Assembly (NCBI GenBank): GCA_964633875.1
Contig: CAZWKL010000006.1
Location: 19,144 to 83,143, forward strand
Direction of reading: 5' to 3'
DNA: 64,000 nucleotides
Source of the DNA: an uncultured Pseudomonadales bacterium
Lineage (GTDB): Bacteria > Patescibacteriota > Microgenomatia > UBA1400 > PJMF01
The translations under genes and the position numbers were made by a program. This document shows, piece by piece, positions 27,070-36,719 of this stretch. Position 1 is the first letter of the stretch, and each line of letters begins with the position of its first letter. The notes under the pieces are model-generated. The model did no database searches and was not told the DNA's origin. It worked only from the letters and a program-made list of their open reading frames with translations.

Positions 27070-30000
27070 GTGTCAAAACACAGAATTTTTCTTGCCAGCC
27101 TGTGGTTGTTTATCTGTGCTGCGGTAGTGAGCGCCGGGTTTTTGCCGGCGGCTGCCAAGGCTCAGGTGGTGGGATCACACTTGGGCGTGGGTGATATTGG
27201 CGGCCAGATCAATAATATTCAAATTCTGCAGCAAAATGGCGCCGGCAGCGGTTTTCCCGTTACGATGATGTTGAATATTAATATGGCTGGTCAGGATCAA
27301 CAGGCTATGCACAATCTGGCAGCAGCCGTGGAAAGCGCCGGGTTTCTGCCCATTGTCAGACTAACGCACGTCTGTTCTGCTTTTGAAAGCGGCGTCACCC
27401 CCAGCAATGCGGTGCAAAACGCCAAAAATGCCTTTGGATCCAGTGCGTTGATTGTTTACGGCAACGAAGTCAACAATCGCGAGGCAGAGTGTCCGAACTG
27501 GACCAAGTACGTTGCTGATTACAACAGCATCGCCGACAAAACCAACGTTTCTCCCGCGGCTCTAGATTATTACATGGGCAATCCTGCTTATACCGTAGAG
27601 GTCTTTTTTAATTCCACTCCCGGAGCCAGAGAAATCTATGAAAACTCAACCATCAATGCGGCCAACGCCTATGAATGCGTCGGCACCTCCGATCAAAACA
27701 CGATGGCGTGTGAGTCTCCCTGGGAAGCCAATACTATGGCAGTAGGCTACCAGGCTTACAGTGGGCAAATTTTTCTAACCGAGTTCTCTCTTTCTCCGGA
27801 AGGCCGGGTGCCCAACTCCCCAGACACCGACTTGCAAAAAGTCGCTCAGTTTATCCAGGAAAAAGCGGCTGACACCGGCGCCAGCCTGATCACTCCGCTG
27901 GTGCGCAACGTTTGTAACAACGAAGGCGAGTGGCTGTTGTATGTGAACGGACGCTTGTTTACCATTGTGGGCACTGATGTGACTGAGAATTGTGAGGGCC
28001 GGGCCGGGGTGGGTGAGGGCTATGATTTGAGTGATTTTCCCGACTATGGCTATAATCAGTCGTATTATTATTTACATCCAATTAGAGGTATTCACCCCGA
28101 CACCGATCCTGACGGCAGAAAGGTGTCTGTAACCCGAGCTGATCTGGCCAGCCAAGGCTATGAAGCTTACTGCGCGGCTGAGCCAACCACCATCAAGTTG
28201 GACGTCAACACCAGAGATCTTATCAATAGATTTTTAGCCAGTAATCCCACCGGTGTGAGTGCAACCAGAGACTCAACCTACGTGCTAGACTCCAGCAGCG
28301 GGCAATTCCCACTTTTTCGCGATACAACAGGAAAAAAATATCTTACTACCTCGATTGAAGAGTTTTTTGGCTTCAAAGATGTTTACACCGACGACGGCTA
28401 CTCGGTCATGGAACTCAATACCGCCCCCATCAATACTCTGCTTTCGCAAGAGCAAAAATGTATCCAGGGAGTGGACATTCTCCGAAATATTCAACTGATG
28501 TGTGAGCGGCTGGAGGATCCTCGTGCTAACTGCGCTCTCCTGGAAAACCAAATTCCCGGGACAAATTATAATGTAAGCACCCTTTTGGACGATGTAGCTA
28601 AAGTCATTCCTGGCTACAGAGCGGGCAAAATCGGCGAACAGTGCCGGATGCTCTTTTCAGACCAAATCCCCGAGTTTGCTATGGAAGATCCCGAGCTACC
28701 AGTTTTCAAAAAAGCCATCACCAACGTGCCACTCAACATTGACCGTTCTTTCCGCCTGGCGTTTTTGGTGGCCTCAATTGAACAGCGGCCACAAACCAGC
28801 GCTTTCAACTTTTTTTCTTTTTCAGAAGCTGCTCAACCAAAACATGAAGTGCTGATTGTGGCTTTCAAAATCCCTGATATTCTCACCAACAAAGGTGGCG
28901 GTGAAGCCTCCGGACACCAATTTTTTAATGATTCTGCCACTCTAACCAGAGATGCCTTGGTACCACAACAATTTAGAACGGCTTTTTCCGATCCTAATGA
29001 AGATGAAGTTGACAGCTGCCATGACCAAATTCAAGGAAACGACTTTACCAAATATGGTTTTGACCAGCAGAGTCTTAATCGCAAAATTTGTACCGGCATC
29101 AATGCGCACAATGCCTCGGTGCAAAATCCTGATAGTCCGATTTACTGCTTGAGTGGTAGCGGCGACACGCCAGAGGAGCTGGAGGGTTTGGAAGGATCAG
29201 CTGCTTGTAAAGATATTCTGGGTAAAGCCGTGGTGGACCTAATCAACGGCAATACACCCAGCTGCAACAACATGCAATCCGAGCCGGTTTTAGAAGTGCT
29301 GCAGGCAGCTAACATTATTCCGCCAGATTTGAACGACGGCTCGCGCCTCTTTAATCCTGGCTACGGTTTTGGCAATGACGTGCTCAACTACATTTTTACG
29401 CAAAATCTCACTCCTCAGCGTGATGAAAGCACTTTTACCTCAATTTTTAATATTGTTGGCAGCGCTTTTGATAATGCGGAAAACGAAACAGCGGCGGTGG
29501 ATTTTTTCCTGGTCTATCCGGTGGGCTATGAGCTGGACTCGGTGACTGAAGTGCTGAAAAATACTTTTTTTACTGTTCACCAGATTGCTGAACTCGAGGA
29601 AAGTACCAACCGCTCGCGCTTTGAGGCCAAAGGCTTTGCTTCCGGCTTGAGCGGTGCCACTTTCAGTCACACTTTTAATGAATTGCCTTCCAGCGGCAAC
29701 TGCCAGGAGTCTACTATCTTGCTTGAGGAAGACCCTCTTACAGGGCTGCCAATCAACCCTCCTCAGGTAATAACAGTCCTCAACTGTGAACAAACTTTCA
29801 ATATTTCGGTCAATGAAGAAGGTGCTGGGGGGCTGAGTGTGTTGGGTGCCAGGCTGGGTTTTTGGATGAGAAATATTCAACAAACTCTTAACGGTCATTT
29901 TAGCAACGCTTCCGCTTACATCGCTTCCTGCGCTACCACTGAGGAGTTTTTGCTGGGCCGGTGTGCTGGCCGGGCAGTGGCTTCGCCTCCAGGCTCAAAC

Positions 30001-30498
30001 TTGGGCGGTTCGGAAATAGTCAGCCCGCTTTGCGGCCGCGATTATCCCATCAAAGCCGATGACATCGTGCCGGATTACCATTCGCAAACCATTCTTAATC
30101 GCAGCAGCGCTGCTTATCGCACCCAAGTACCAACAGAACCCGATGTCGGTCGCGCCATGTACTACGCTGCCGGAGTGATGAACCGGGTACTGCAAAACCG
30201 CATTGCCTGGAAGCAAATTCCTCCTGGCGCTGTTTCTGACTGTGAAGGTGGCGATAGTAAGTACCGCGGCTGTGTGGCGCTCCTGCGGGCTGGCGATATC
30301 GGGCGGGAAGTTTATCTCAAAAGACCTGGCCAAAATGCTGAAGGTCCGTACTTGGTCATTGATGTAGCAGCAGAAAAAGATATTGCTTGCTTATTGGAAC
30401 GCAACTGGATAGTAGATGTAGACTGGGGTACGGCGCAAAGATGGAACATGAAAGGGCCGGTGGATGCGCAGATTTGCGAAACCGCCGCTTGTCCGTAG
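27070..30498 (+). CDS. large secreted Cys-containing protein of unknown function (1142 aa)
   Basis: GTG start 6 nt after an extended -10 TGATATAAT (27055-27063); N-terminal signal peptide; many Cys; no recognised catalytic motif. Confidence 0.45.
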   Translation: MSKHRIFLASLWLFICAAVVSAGFLPAAAKAQVVGSHLGVGDIGGQINNIQILQQNGAGSGFPVTMMLNINMAGQDQQAMHNLAAAVESAGFLPIVRLTHVCSAFESGVTPSNAVQNAKNAFGSSALIVYGNEVNNREAECPNWTKYVADYNSIADKTNVSPAALDYYMGNPAYTVEVFFNSTPGAREIYENSTINAANAYECVGTSDQNTMACESPWEANTMAVGYQAYSGQIFLTEFSLSPEGRVPNSPDTDLQKVAQFIQEKAADTGASLITPLVRNVCNNEGEWLLYVNGRLFTIVGTDVTENCEGRAGVGEGYDLSDFPDYGYNQSYYYLHPIRGIHPDTDPDGRKVSVTRADLASQGYEAYCAAEPTTIKLDVNTRDLINRFLASNPTGVSATRDSTYVLDSSSGQFPLFRDTTGKKYLTTSIEEFFGFKDVYTDDGYSVMELNTAPINTLLSQEQKCIQGVDILRNIQLMCERLEDPRANCALLENQIPGTNYNVSTLLDDVAKVIPGYRAGKIGEQCRMLFSDQIPEFAMEDPELPVFKKAITNVPLNIDRSFRLAFLVASIEQRPQTSAFNFFSFSEAAQPKHEVLIVAFKIPDILTNKGGGEASGHQFFNDSATLTRDALVPQQFRTAFSDPNEDEVDSCHDQIQGNDFTKYGFDQQSLNRKICTGINAHNASVQNPDSPIYCLSGSGDTPEELEGLEGSAACKDILGKAVVDLINGNTPSCNNMQSEPVLEVLQAANIIPPDLNDGSRLFNPGYGFGNDVLNYIFTQNLTPQRDESTFTSIFNIVGSAFDNAENETAAVDFFLVYPVGYELDSVTEVLKNTFFTVHQIAELEESTNRSRFEAKGFASGLSGATFSHTFNELPSSGNCQESTILLEEDPLTGLPINPPQVITVLNCEQTFNISVNEEGAGGLSVLGARLGFWMRNIQQTLNGHFSNASAYIASCATTEEFLLGRCAGRAVASPPGSNLGGSEIVSPLCGRDYPIKADDIVPDYHSQTILNRSSAAYRTQVPTEPDVGRAMYYAAGVMNRVLQNRIAWKQIPPGAVSDCEGGDSKYRGCVALLRAGDIGREVYLKRPGQNAEGPYLVIDVAAEKDIACLLERNWIVDVDWGTAQRWNMKGPVDAQICETAACP

Positions 30499-30506
30499 CC
30501 GGTGCG

Positions 30507-31487
30507 CTATTTTTTGCTGATCTCGCCGGGGGAATGATTGAGACCGCCTTTGGGCTTTCTGCCCTGCTTTTTCTTTTGCGGACCGTTTGGTCTTGATTCT
30601 GGTACCACCGGCTGCCCTTGTTTTTGCCGGCTTGGTTGGCGCATCACTTTCATTTCTGTTTCCGTTTGATCTGCCTTTTGCCAACCAGCAATTTGGTACT
30701 CTTTTACCGGAGCTGGTTGCTGACCCGCTGGTTGAGCCGGTTGGGGCTGCTCTTGAGGCAGAGCTTGCCTTTCGGCCCCGCTTCTCATCAAAAACGCCAC
30801 CGTTTCAAAAGTATCGGCGGTTACATCCGGTGATTGCAGACCGTTGGTGGCCTCTTCAATACCAGCCAACAAAAAGGTGGCCGCGGTTGGATCCACACCA
30901 AGCTGCAGATTTTTAATCAATCCGGCGGTGAGCTCGCTAATGACACCAGTGCTAGCACTCAGATTAATACTTCCCACCGTAGCCGGCATGGCGGTCAAAG
31001 CAACAGCCGGGGTGTTGCGGAAAAGCTCTTCATAACCAAAATAAAGTTGCTCGAGGTTTTCCAAATTGTAAATACCAATGAGAAAAATTAGGTCGGCCTC
31101 GGCGCCAGTATAAGAAAATTCCACGCTGTCGGTACTCAGTGGCTCCTGGCCGCGCTGAGGTTTGATGGTGAGATAAAACTTGTTGGTTTCTTCTCCAATA
31201 TGGTAGCTGACTTTATCCACCGCTTCCGGAGAGTAATCAAAACTAACCACCAAATTTTGGTTGCCCACTTCTATTCTGGTAATTTCAGCCACCTGCGTCA
31301 TTTCCTGAAGCTGCGGCTGCCTGGGCGAGTAAAGAGTGGCGTCTTTGCCGGCCTGCCTCAAAGCCTGCTGCAGAGCAAAAGCGCTGGCCAGCTCGTCTTT
31401 GCTAGGATTGGCGGCGTACATGATTAAAATGGTACGGGCATTTTCCAGCAGGGCTTGAATTTGAGGGAGTTGTTCGCGGTCTGTCAT
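30507..31487 (-). CDS. DHH-phosphoesterase-like protein with degenerate active-site motifs and Q/P-rich basic C-terminal tail
   Basis: The N-terminus ILIMYAANPSKDELASAFAL aligns to the NrnA-type motif ILITGHxNPDGDALGS, but the His/Asp positions are substituted. The DHH position reads GIY. Judged from memory of the family. Confidence 0.3.
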   Translation of the reverse strand: MTDREQLPQIQALLENARTILIMYAANPSKDELASAFALQQALRQAGKDATLYSPRQPQLQEMTQVAEITRIEVGNQNLVVSFDYSPEAVDKVSYHIGEETNKFYLTIKPQRGQEPLSTDSVEFSYTGAEADLIFLIGIYNLENLEQLYFGYEELFRNTPAVALTAMPATVGSINLSASTGVISELTAGLIKNLQLGVDPTAATFLLAGIEEATNGLQSPDVTADTFETVAFLMRSGAERQALPQEQPQPAQPAGQQPAPVKEYQIAGWQKADQTETEMKVMRQPSRQKQGQPVVPESRPNGPQKKKQGRKPKGGLNHSPGEISKK

Positions 31488-31604
31488 AAGAAAAGTATAT
31501 CACAATATATCGGTAGTTGTAGGTTTGAGTTTTGTACCCTGCATTGAACTGCCCTGTCAAGTTACGCTCTGTCATCATCAATCAATTGTTGTTATAATAT
31601 CGCC

Positions 31605-33464
31605 ATGGCAAAGCGTATGCTTCTGCTAGCTGTTGTTTTTATTGCCCTGTTTTCCCTGGGAAGTGTTGTGGTATCCGCACAGGATGAAAGTGAAGAAACT
31701 TTACCAATAACTGAAGACGTGGGCTTTACCACTGATGTCGCGCTCATCAAGCAGTACACTGAAGCAACTAAGAGGTGTGATTCTCCGTCTCTGGAGTGTC
31801 TAGTGTATTACGTTGTTAATTATACCGCCATTGAAATCACCAACAGCATCGCGCCAATTGCGGGTGTGGAAGATCCAAATGATAGCGCCGCGCCAATTAA
31901 CCAACTGCCAAATTCAGAATATCGCGGCCCAGTTATTGCCGGCAGAAAAGGCGTAGTGCCGGGACTCAGCTATTTAATTGTCCAAATGTACGGCAATCCC
32001 CCTGCCACCACAGACATGTATGTTGCAGATGTACTTAATTCCGCCGGAGTGGCGGTAGCGCCACCCGCTTATGCTCAGGGCCTGGGTTTTGTAGCCCTCA
32101 ATCCGGTGCTTGAATTATGGAAAACTTTTCGCAATGTTGCTTACATTTTTTATGTGCTGATGTTTGTGGTGATTGGTTTTATGATCATGCTCAGGCAAAA
32201 GGTGGGCCAACACGCCATCACTGCTCAACAAGCTATTCCCAGCATTATTGTCAGCTTAATTTTTGTGACCTTTTCCTATGCCATTGCCGGATTTTTAATT
32301 GACCTGATGTATTTGAGCATGTTTTTGATTGTCGGTATCTTTGAGAGTGTGACCGAAATAGGCTCAGAGGTAATTGGTTACAACATCTTTCAACTTGGTA
32401 AGGAATTTATTAACCAAGGTTATTTCAGCGGGAAAGACGCCGCTTATAACATGGTTCCTGAAATGATTCAGGCAGCACTTAATAGTGGCAATTTTGTTGG
32501 CCAAAGTGCTGTTAGTTGGGTGTCAGGCATAACTGTGGGTTTGATTGTCGCGGTGGCGGTGCTAATCGCCACCTTCAAGCTCTTTTTTGAGCTGCTTAAA
32601 TCCTACGCTACCATTGTGTTGATGGTGGTAACCGCGCCCATTCAATTAATGATTGGCGCCATTCCCGGCAAAAATACCGTGAGCTCTTGGATAAAAAGCC
32701 TGGTTGGCAATCTGTCGGCATTCCCGGTAGTTCTCATGGGGTTCATTATGTTTAGAATTTTTGTGGACGGAGCTATGGGCACCCAGTCGGGTGGATTTAT
32801 GCCGCCATTCTTGCTCAGCAATGGCACCGCAAACTCCATCACTGCTCTGATGGGCTTGGCTATCTTGCTGGCAATTCCCGAAATTGTGAAAAAAGTTAAA
32901 GATTCTCTGGGAGCTGGAGGAGGGTTTGGGGAGATGATTGCCCAAGAAGCCATGGGTAAAACTAAACAAGCATTGCCACTGGGTGGAAGACTTGGCACCG
33001 GCGTATGGATGGGTCCTGGAGGGGCAATCATAAGCGGTGGCGCAGCTGGTCTTTCTAGAGGGGGAAGTCAGGCAGCTCAAGTAATACGTAATGTTTGGAG
33101 TGGTCAATCAAGACCTTCTGCATTGCTTTCAACTGTTCCAAGATTTTTGGGTGGTTTTGGATCTGGTGCACTTTTGGGGGATAGTTTCGGAAGCACTCAA
33201 AGAGATGCTCAAGGGCGCGAAATACGTAGAGGCGGGGTTATAAGAGGATTTAGAACTGGAATAAATTTGGGAGCGAGAGCTACTAATAGGGTGGCAACTT
33301 CTGCTGGAGCCAACCAACCGGATTGGCTAAGTCCAGTTACAAATCTATATGATCGAGCCGCTTTAACCGAAGAGCAAAGAGCTGAAATCAGAGAAAATCA
33401 GCGTTGGGAAGACAGAATGGATAGAACGGGCTGGATCAGGAGAAGAAGTCGCGGGGAAGTGTAA
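31605..33464 (+). CDS. polytopic membrane protein, candidate VirB6/TrbL-like T4SS channel component
   Basis: Signal peptide, ~130-aa ectodomain, six or more TM helices and a Gly-rich C-terminal tail. Assignment is by topology and context only. ATG lies 6 nt after TGTTATAAT (31590-31598). Confidence 0.4.
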   Translation: MAKRMLLLAVVFIALFSLGSVVVSAQDESEETLPITEDVGFTTDVALIKQYTEATKRCDSPSLECLVYYVVNYTAIEITNSIAPIAGVEDPNDSAAPINQLPNSEYRGPVIAGRKGVVPGLSYLIVQMYGNPPATTDMYVADVLNSAGVAVAPPAYAQGLGFVALNPVLELWKTFRNVAYIFYVLMFVVIGFMIMLRQKVGQHAITAQQAIPSIIVSLIFVTFSYAIAGFLIDLMYLSMFLIVGIFESVTEIGSEVIGYNIFQLGKEFINQGYFSGKDAAYNMVPEMIQAALNSGNFVGQSAVSWVSGITVGLIVAVAVLIATFKLFFELLKSYATIVLMVVTAPIQLMIGAIPGKNTVSSWIKSLVGNLSAFPVVLMGFIMFRIFVDGAMGTQSGGFMPPFLLSNGTANSITALMGLAILLAIPEIVKKVKDSLGAGGGFGEMIAQEAMGKTKQALPLGGRLGTGVWMGPGGAIISGGAAGLSRGGSQAAQVIRNVWSGQSRPSALLSTVPRFLGGFGSGALLGDSFGSTQRDAQGREIRRGGVIRGFRTGINLGARATNRVATSAGANQPDWLSPVTNLYDRAALTEEQRAEIRENQRWEDRMDRTGWIRRRSRGEV

Positions 33465-33484
33465 AAACGCTTCTTTATTTAGTT

Positions 33485-36400
33485 TTACTTATTAGGATCT
33501 TGCTCCTCAATTGTGGGCTCTCTAAGCCAATTGTCATATATTGTTTTAAATTCTGGACCCCACATATTTTCAAAAGTCCTGCTCAAATCATGTGATCTGA
33601 CCTCTCTCTCATCATCAAAGAACAATCGCCACGGTCTTCCAATTGAATGCCAGCCATCTAATTGCTCAATTACTTTCTGTAACGGATGGTCTCCTTTAGA
33701 ATATACCTCTTGTGGCAAAGTGGCAGCAGAACCCAAAACTTTCTGGGCCACTTCTGCAAAGCGCTTTGCTTTAGGTTTTAAATTTTCTCTCCTAAACCTA
33801 ACACTGGGAGGAGCTCCTTCAGGAACGCCCTCGCCTAAAAGTGCCGAATATTTATTATAAATCTTTTTCAAATAGACAACACTCATTAATTGAATGGTGT
33901 TTGCAAAGGTTCTCTCTCCCTTAGGCAGACATATCCACATGCCCTTAAAATTTTTAATCCTATCAACCAACTGGCCCATTGCCGTATCTAGTTGATCAAC
34001 ACTATGAATGGTACCAAAATCACCATCAACAAATTTATCAAATTCTCGAATTTCTTCCTGCATGGTCCTAAACTGATAATATGTGGGGACATCTTTCATC
34101 TTTTCTCCACGCCATTGGCCATTAATCCAGTCCCAAAGTGTAGGTTGAAATTTCAGATCTTCATGAAGTTGAACATAATCAATGCCATATGGAGAGAAGT
34201 CTGCAATCATCCGATTTCTTACCATAACAAACGTTTCTAGATTCTTAACGCTTTTATTACTGCTTTTCTTCTCCCTCTCCGTTGAGTTTGGTGGCTCCAT
34301 AGCCGCATATATGGAGCGCTCATACACCACCTCAGTTGCACTAAACTTTTCCTTCAACGGGGAAAACGTTTTGTTCATCCAACTTCTAAACCCGGACGGC
34401 AATCCTGAAGGAATAGGGAGACTGTACCTAGTAATAGAAGAAACCTTTTCTGGTAACCGAGTAACCATTGAATAAACTCTGTATTTGGGAAGCGAGGCGC
34501 CTGATTGAGCCTTATAAAGTATGGCTGCCATTGGTGAAGCATCAGCCGAAGCGGTTGCATCAAAACCAGGAACGGGTGATCCTTGATACATTGCGTATTC
34601 AGGAATATATGCATCAGATCTCATTTCAGACACAACTACAAAACGCCTCATAGCCAACTTGATGAAGTCTGGAAAATGGGCTAATTCCGGAAACTCTCGC
34701 TCTAAAACTTGATTAATAGTAAACACTCCATTTGGGTTGGTGTGTTCATCATAGACCAAATTACCTGTTGGATTACCTTTTGCAGCGTAATTCCAGTGTC
34801 TATCTTTCTCATCCTGAACATCAGCGTCGTGTTTCCTACTTCTTGTAAAAGGCCCATTGAAAAGTTCATTTCTGAGAAAATCCACAACTTCTTTAATATT
34901 AATTTTGTGTTCAACTCCCAATTTGTCTTTTATAGCAAAATCACCAAAGTGCCGAAACTTTCGGAGATGATCCATTAGAATAAATGATCCCGCCGCTTCT
35001 CTGGCTTTTGTGACATCTGCCCACGCCAACAGCGCTGGCCAGTCACTCCCTCCAGCCTCATCAACGGCATCGCGAAGAAGAATGGAGATATCAAGAAGCT
35101 CTCTTTCTTCTTCATTATTAAAATGCTCCTTGGCAATGCGCTTCATTGCGTCAACAGCATCGGTAACTTTGTTGTCTCCCCTAGTTCCACGCATTTTGTC
35201 GTTGTCTTCTAACATCTGCCAAAGCTCATCCATCTTTTTTATTTGATCCGTTTTCAAAACTTCGCTTTTAGCAGTTTCAATTGCTTCATTGATTCTCCTT
35301 ACTGCTTCACCATAACGTCCTCCAAGCTTGGTGGGACCAACAAGTTTTTCGATTGCGTCAGTGGTAGAACTATGACTGTAATTGGTTTGATCAAGATAGC
35401 CAGCAGCATCTATTGCTTTATAAGCATTTTCAAGGTTAGTTTTGAGAGCCTCTAAATCATCTTTTTCGTGCGCCCCGGGAGCAGAGCTATGAGGCGCAAT
35501 GTTATTAAGGTCTATTGCCTCAACCTTCTCAATTTCATCCACAAAGAGTTTAACATCCGCATTCCACTGATCAGTTTCTTTTTTAGCCTCAGCTTCTTCT
35601 TTCTTTTTGTCAATCTCCTTCAGCAAGGAGCGCATTTTTTCCAACAAATCTTCTGCCTGTCTTGAAGCATTTCTTAAGGCAACTAGTCTATTTACTTGTT
35701 CTGAATTTATTCTTTCGTTGGCATGCTCAACATGAATATTTACCAGTTCTTGCAGATGAACGATTTTGTCAATATTAGTATTTAAGTCCGCCTCAATAGC
35801 ATTAATTCTAGCCTGACTCACAGAGTAATCCAGTCCCCTCAGCTCAGTTTCATATGCGGCTATTCTGGGATTTTCTAATGCCATGAGCTCCAACAACTCG
35901 GTTAAATATTTTGGCGGCCAATCGTTATCATCCTCGGCTTTGGGTGGTTGTTCTGGTGGGGGAGGTTGTTGCGGAGGTTGCTCCTGACCGCCTTGGGCTT
36001 TCTTCTCAGCCTGCCCTAGATAAAAAAGTCGTTGCTCACGAAGTTTTTTTACTAAAGCGCTGGCGAAATTTGAGGGCAATACATCTCTTTTTTCAACATA
36101 GTACTCCTGAGCAATTTCGCGTAGCCTTTCAATTGCTATCTCTTCAGGATTATCGCCCAATAAATCAAGGTCATATTCGTGACGAAGATTTACAACTTTT
36201 TCTCGGACAGAGCGAATTATTTGCTCAGGAGTGCTGTTTTCTTCTTCTGCCTTCGGTTCAGCCTCTTCATTGATGGGTTGCTGTTCTTTTTCCGAATCGT
36301 CTTCTTCCATCTCGGCCCCACCGAGTGGCTCTTCCCCAATTTCAGTTTCTGGTTCTGTTTGAGGCTCATCTTCAAGAGCAGATGCTTCGTCGTGAAGATC

Positions 36401-36628
36401 TCCTAAGTCTATTGAGTCAGTTACAGCAAAAAAGTTTGCATTGTCTTTGAGAAACTTTTCAGCTGCTGCTATTGCTTTAAGCGCGGCGGATTTTTTTTGA
36501 TCTTTAATAAGCTGTTTGACCTCTTCCACATAAGCATCAAACTCGACAGAAGGATTAGAAAATTCAACAGGTTCATTGTCAGGCTGAATATCAGGCTGAT
36601 GGTCGGGACGAGGTTGTTCGGACATCAA
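33485..36628 (-). CDS. large acidic coiled-coil protein of unknown function (1047 aa)
   Basis: Long uninterrupted ORF with an E/D-rich N-terminus, a PPQQPPPPEQPP tract and extended helical regions; no enzymatic motif seen. Confidence 0.4.
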   Translation of the reverse strand: MMSEQPRPDHQPDIQPDNEPVEFSNPSVEFDAYVEEVKQLIKDQKKSAALKAIAAAEKFLKDNANFFAVTDSIDLGDLHDEASALEDEPQTEPETEIGEEPLGGAEMEEDDSEKEQQPINEEAEPKAEEENSTPEQIIRSVREKVVNLRHEYDLDLLGDNPEEIAIERLREIAQEYYVEKRDVLPSNFASALVKKLREQRLFYLGQAEKKAQGGQEQPPQQPPPPEQPPKAEDDNDWPPKYLTELLELMALENPRIAAYETELRGLDYSVSQARINAIEADLNTNIDKIVHLQELVNIHVEHANERINSEQVNRLVALRNASRQAEDLLEKMRSLLKEIDKKKEEAEAKKETDQWNADVKLFVDEIEKVEAIDLNNIAPHSSAPGAHEKDDLEALKTNLENAYKAIDAAGYLDQTNYSHSSTTDAIEKLVGPTKLGGRYGEAVRRINEAIETAKSEVLKTDQIKKMDELWQMLEDNDKMRGTRGDNKVTDAVDAMKRIAKEHFNNEEERELLDISILLRDAVDEAGGSDWPALLAWADVTKAREAAGSFILMDHLRKFRHFGDFAIKDKLGVEHKINIKEVVDFLRNELFNGPFTRSRKHDADVQDEKDRHWNYAAKGNPTGNLVYDEHTNPNGVFTINQVLEREFPELAHFPDFIKLAMRRFVVVSEMRSDAYIPEYAMYQGSPVPGFDATASADASPMAAILYKAQSGASLPKYRVYSMVTRLPEKVSSITRYSLPIPSGLPSGFRSWMNKTFSPLKEKFSATEVVYERSIYAAMEPPNSTEREKKSSNKSVKNLETFVMVRNRMIADFSPYGIDYVQLHEDLKFQPTLWDWINGQWRGEKMKDVPTYYQFRTMQEEIREFDKFVDGDFGTIHSVDQLDTAMGQLVDRIKNFKGMWICLPKGERTFANTIQLMSVVYLKKIYNKYSALLGEGVPEGAPPSVRFRRENLKPKAKRFAEVAQKVLGSAATLPQEVYSKGDHPLQKVIEQLDGWHSIGRPWRLFFDDEREVRSHDLSRTFENMWGPEFKTIYDNWLREPTIEEQDPNK

Positions 36629-36719
36629 AAAGAATTATACCACCACTTGAGAAATTACGCACATAAGCAATAGCTTTTTATGCCAACCGCGCCAACCGTG
36701 TTTGCGGTATAATTGCCTC

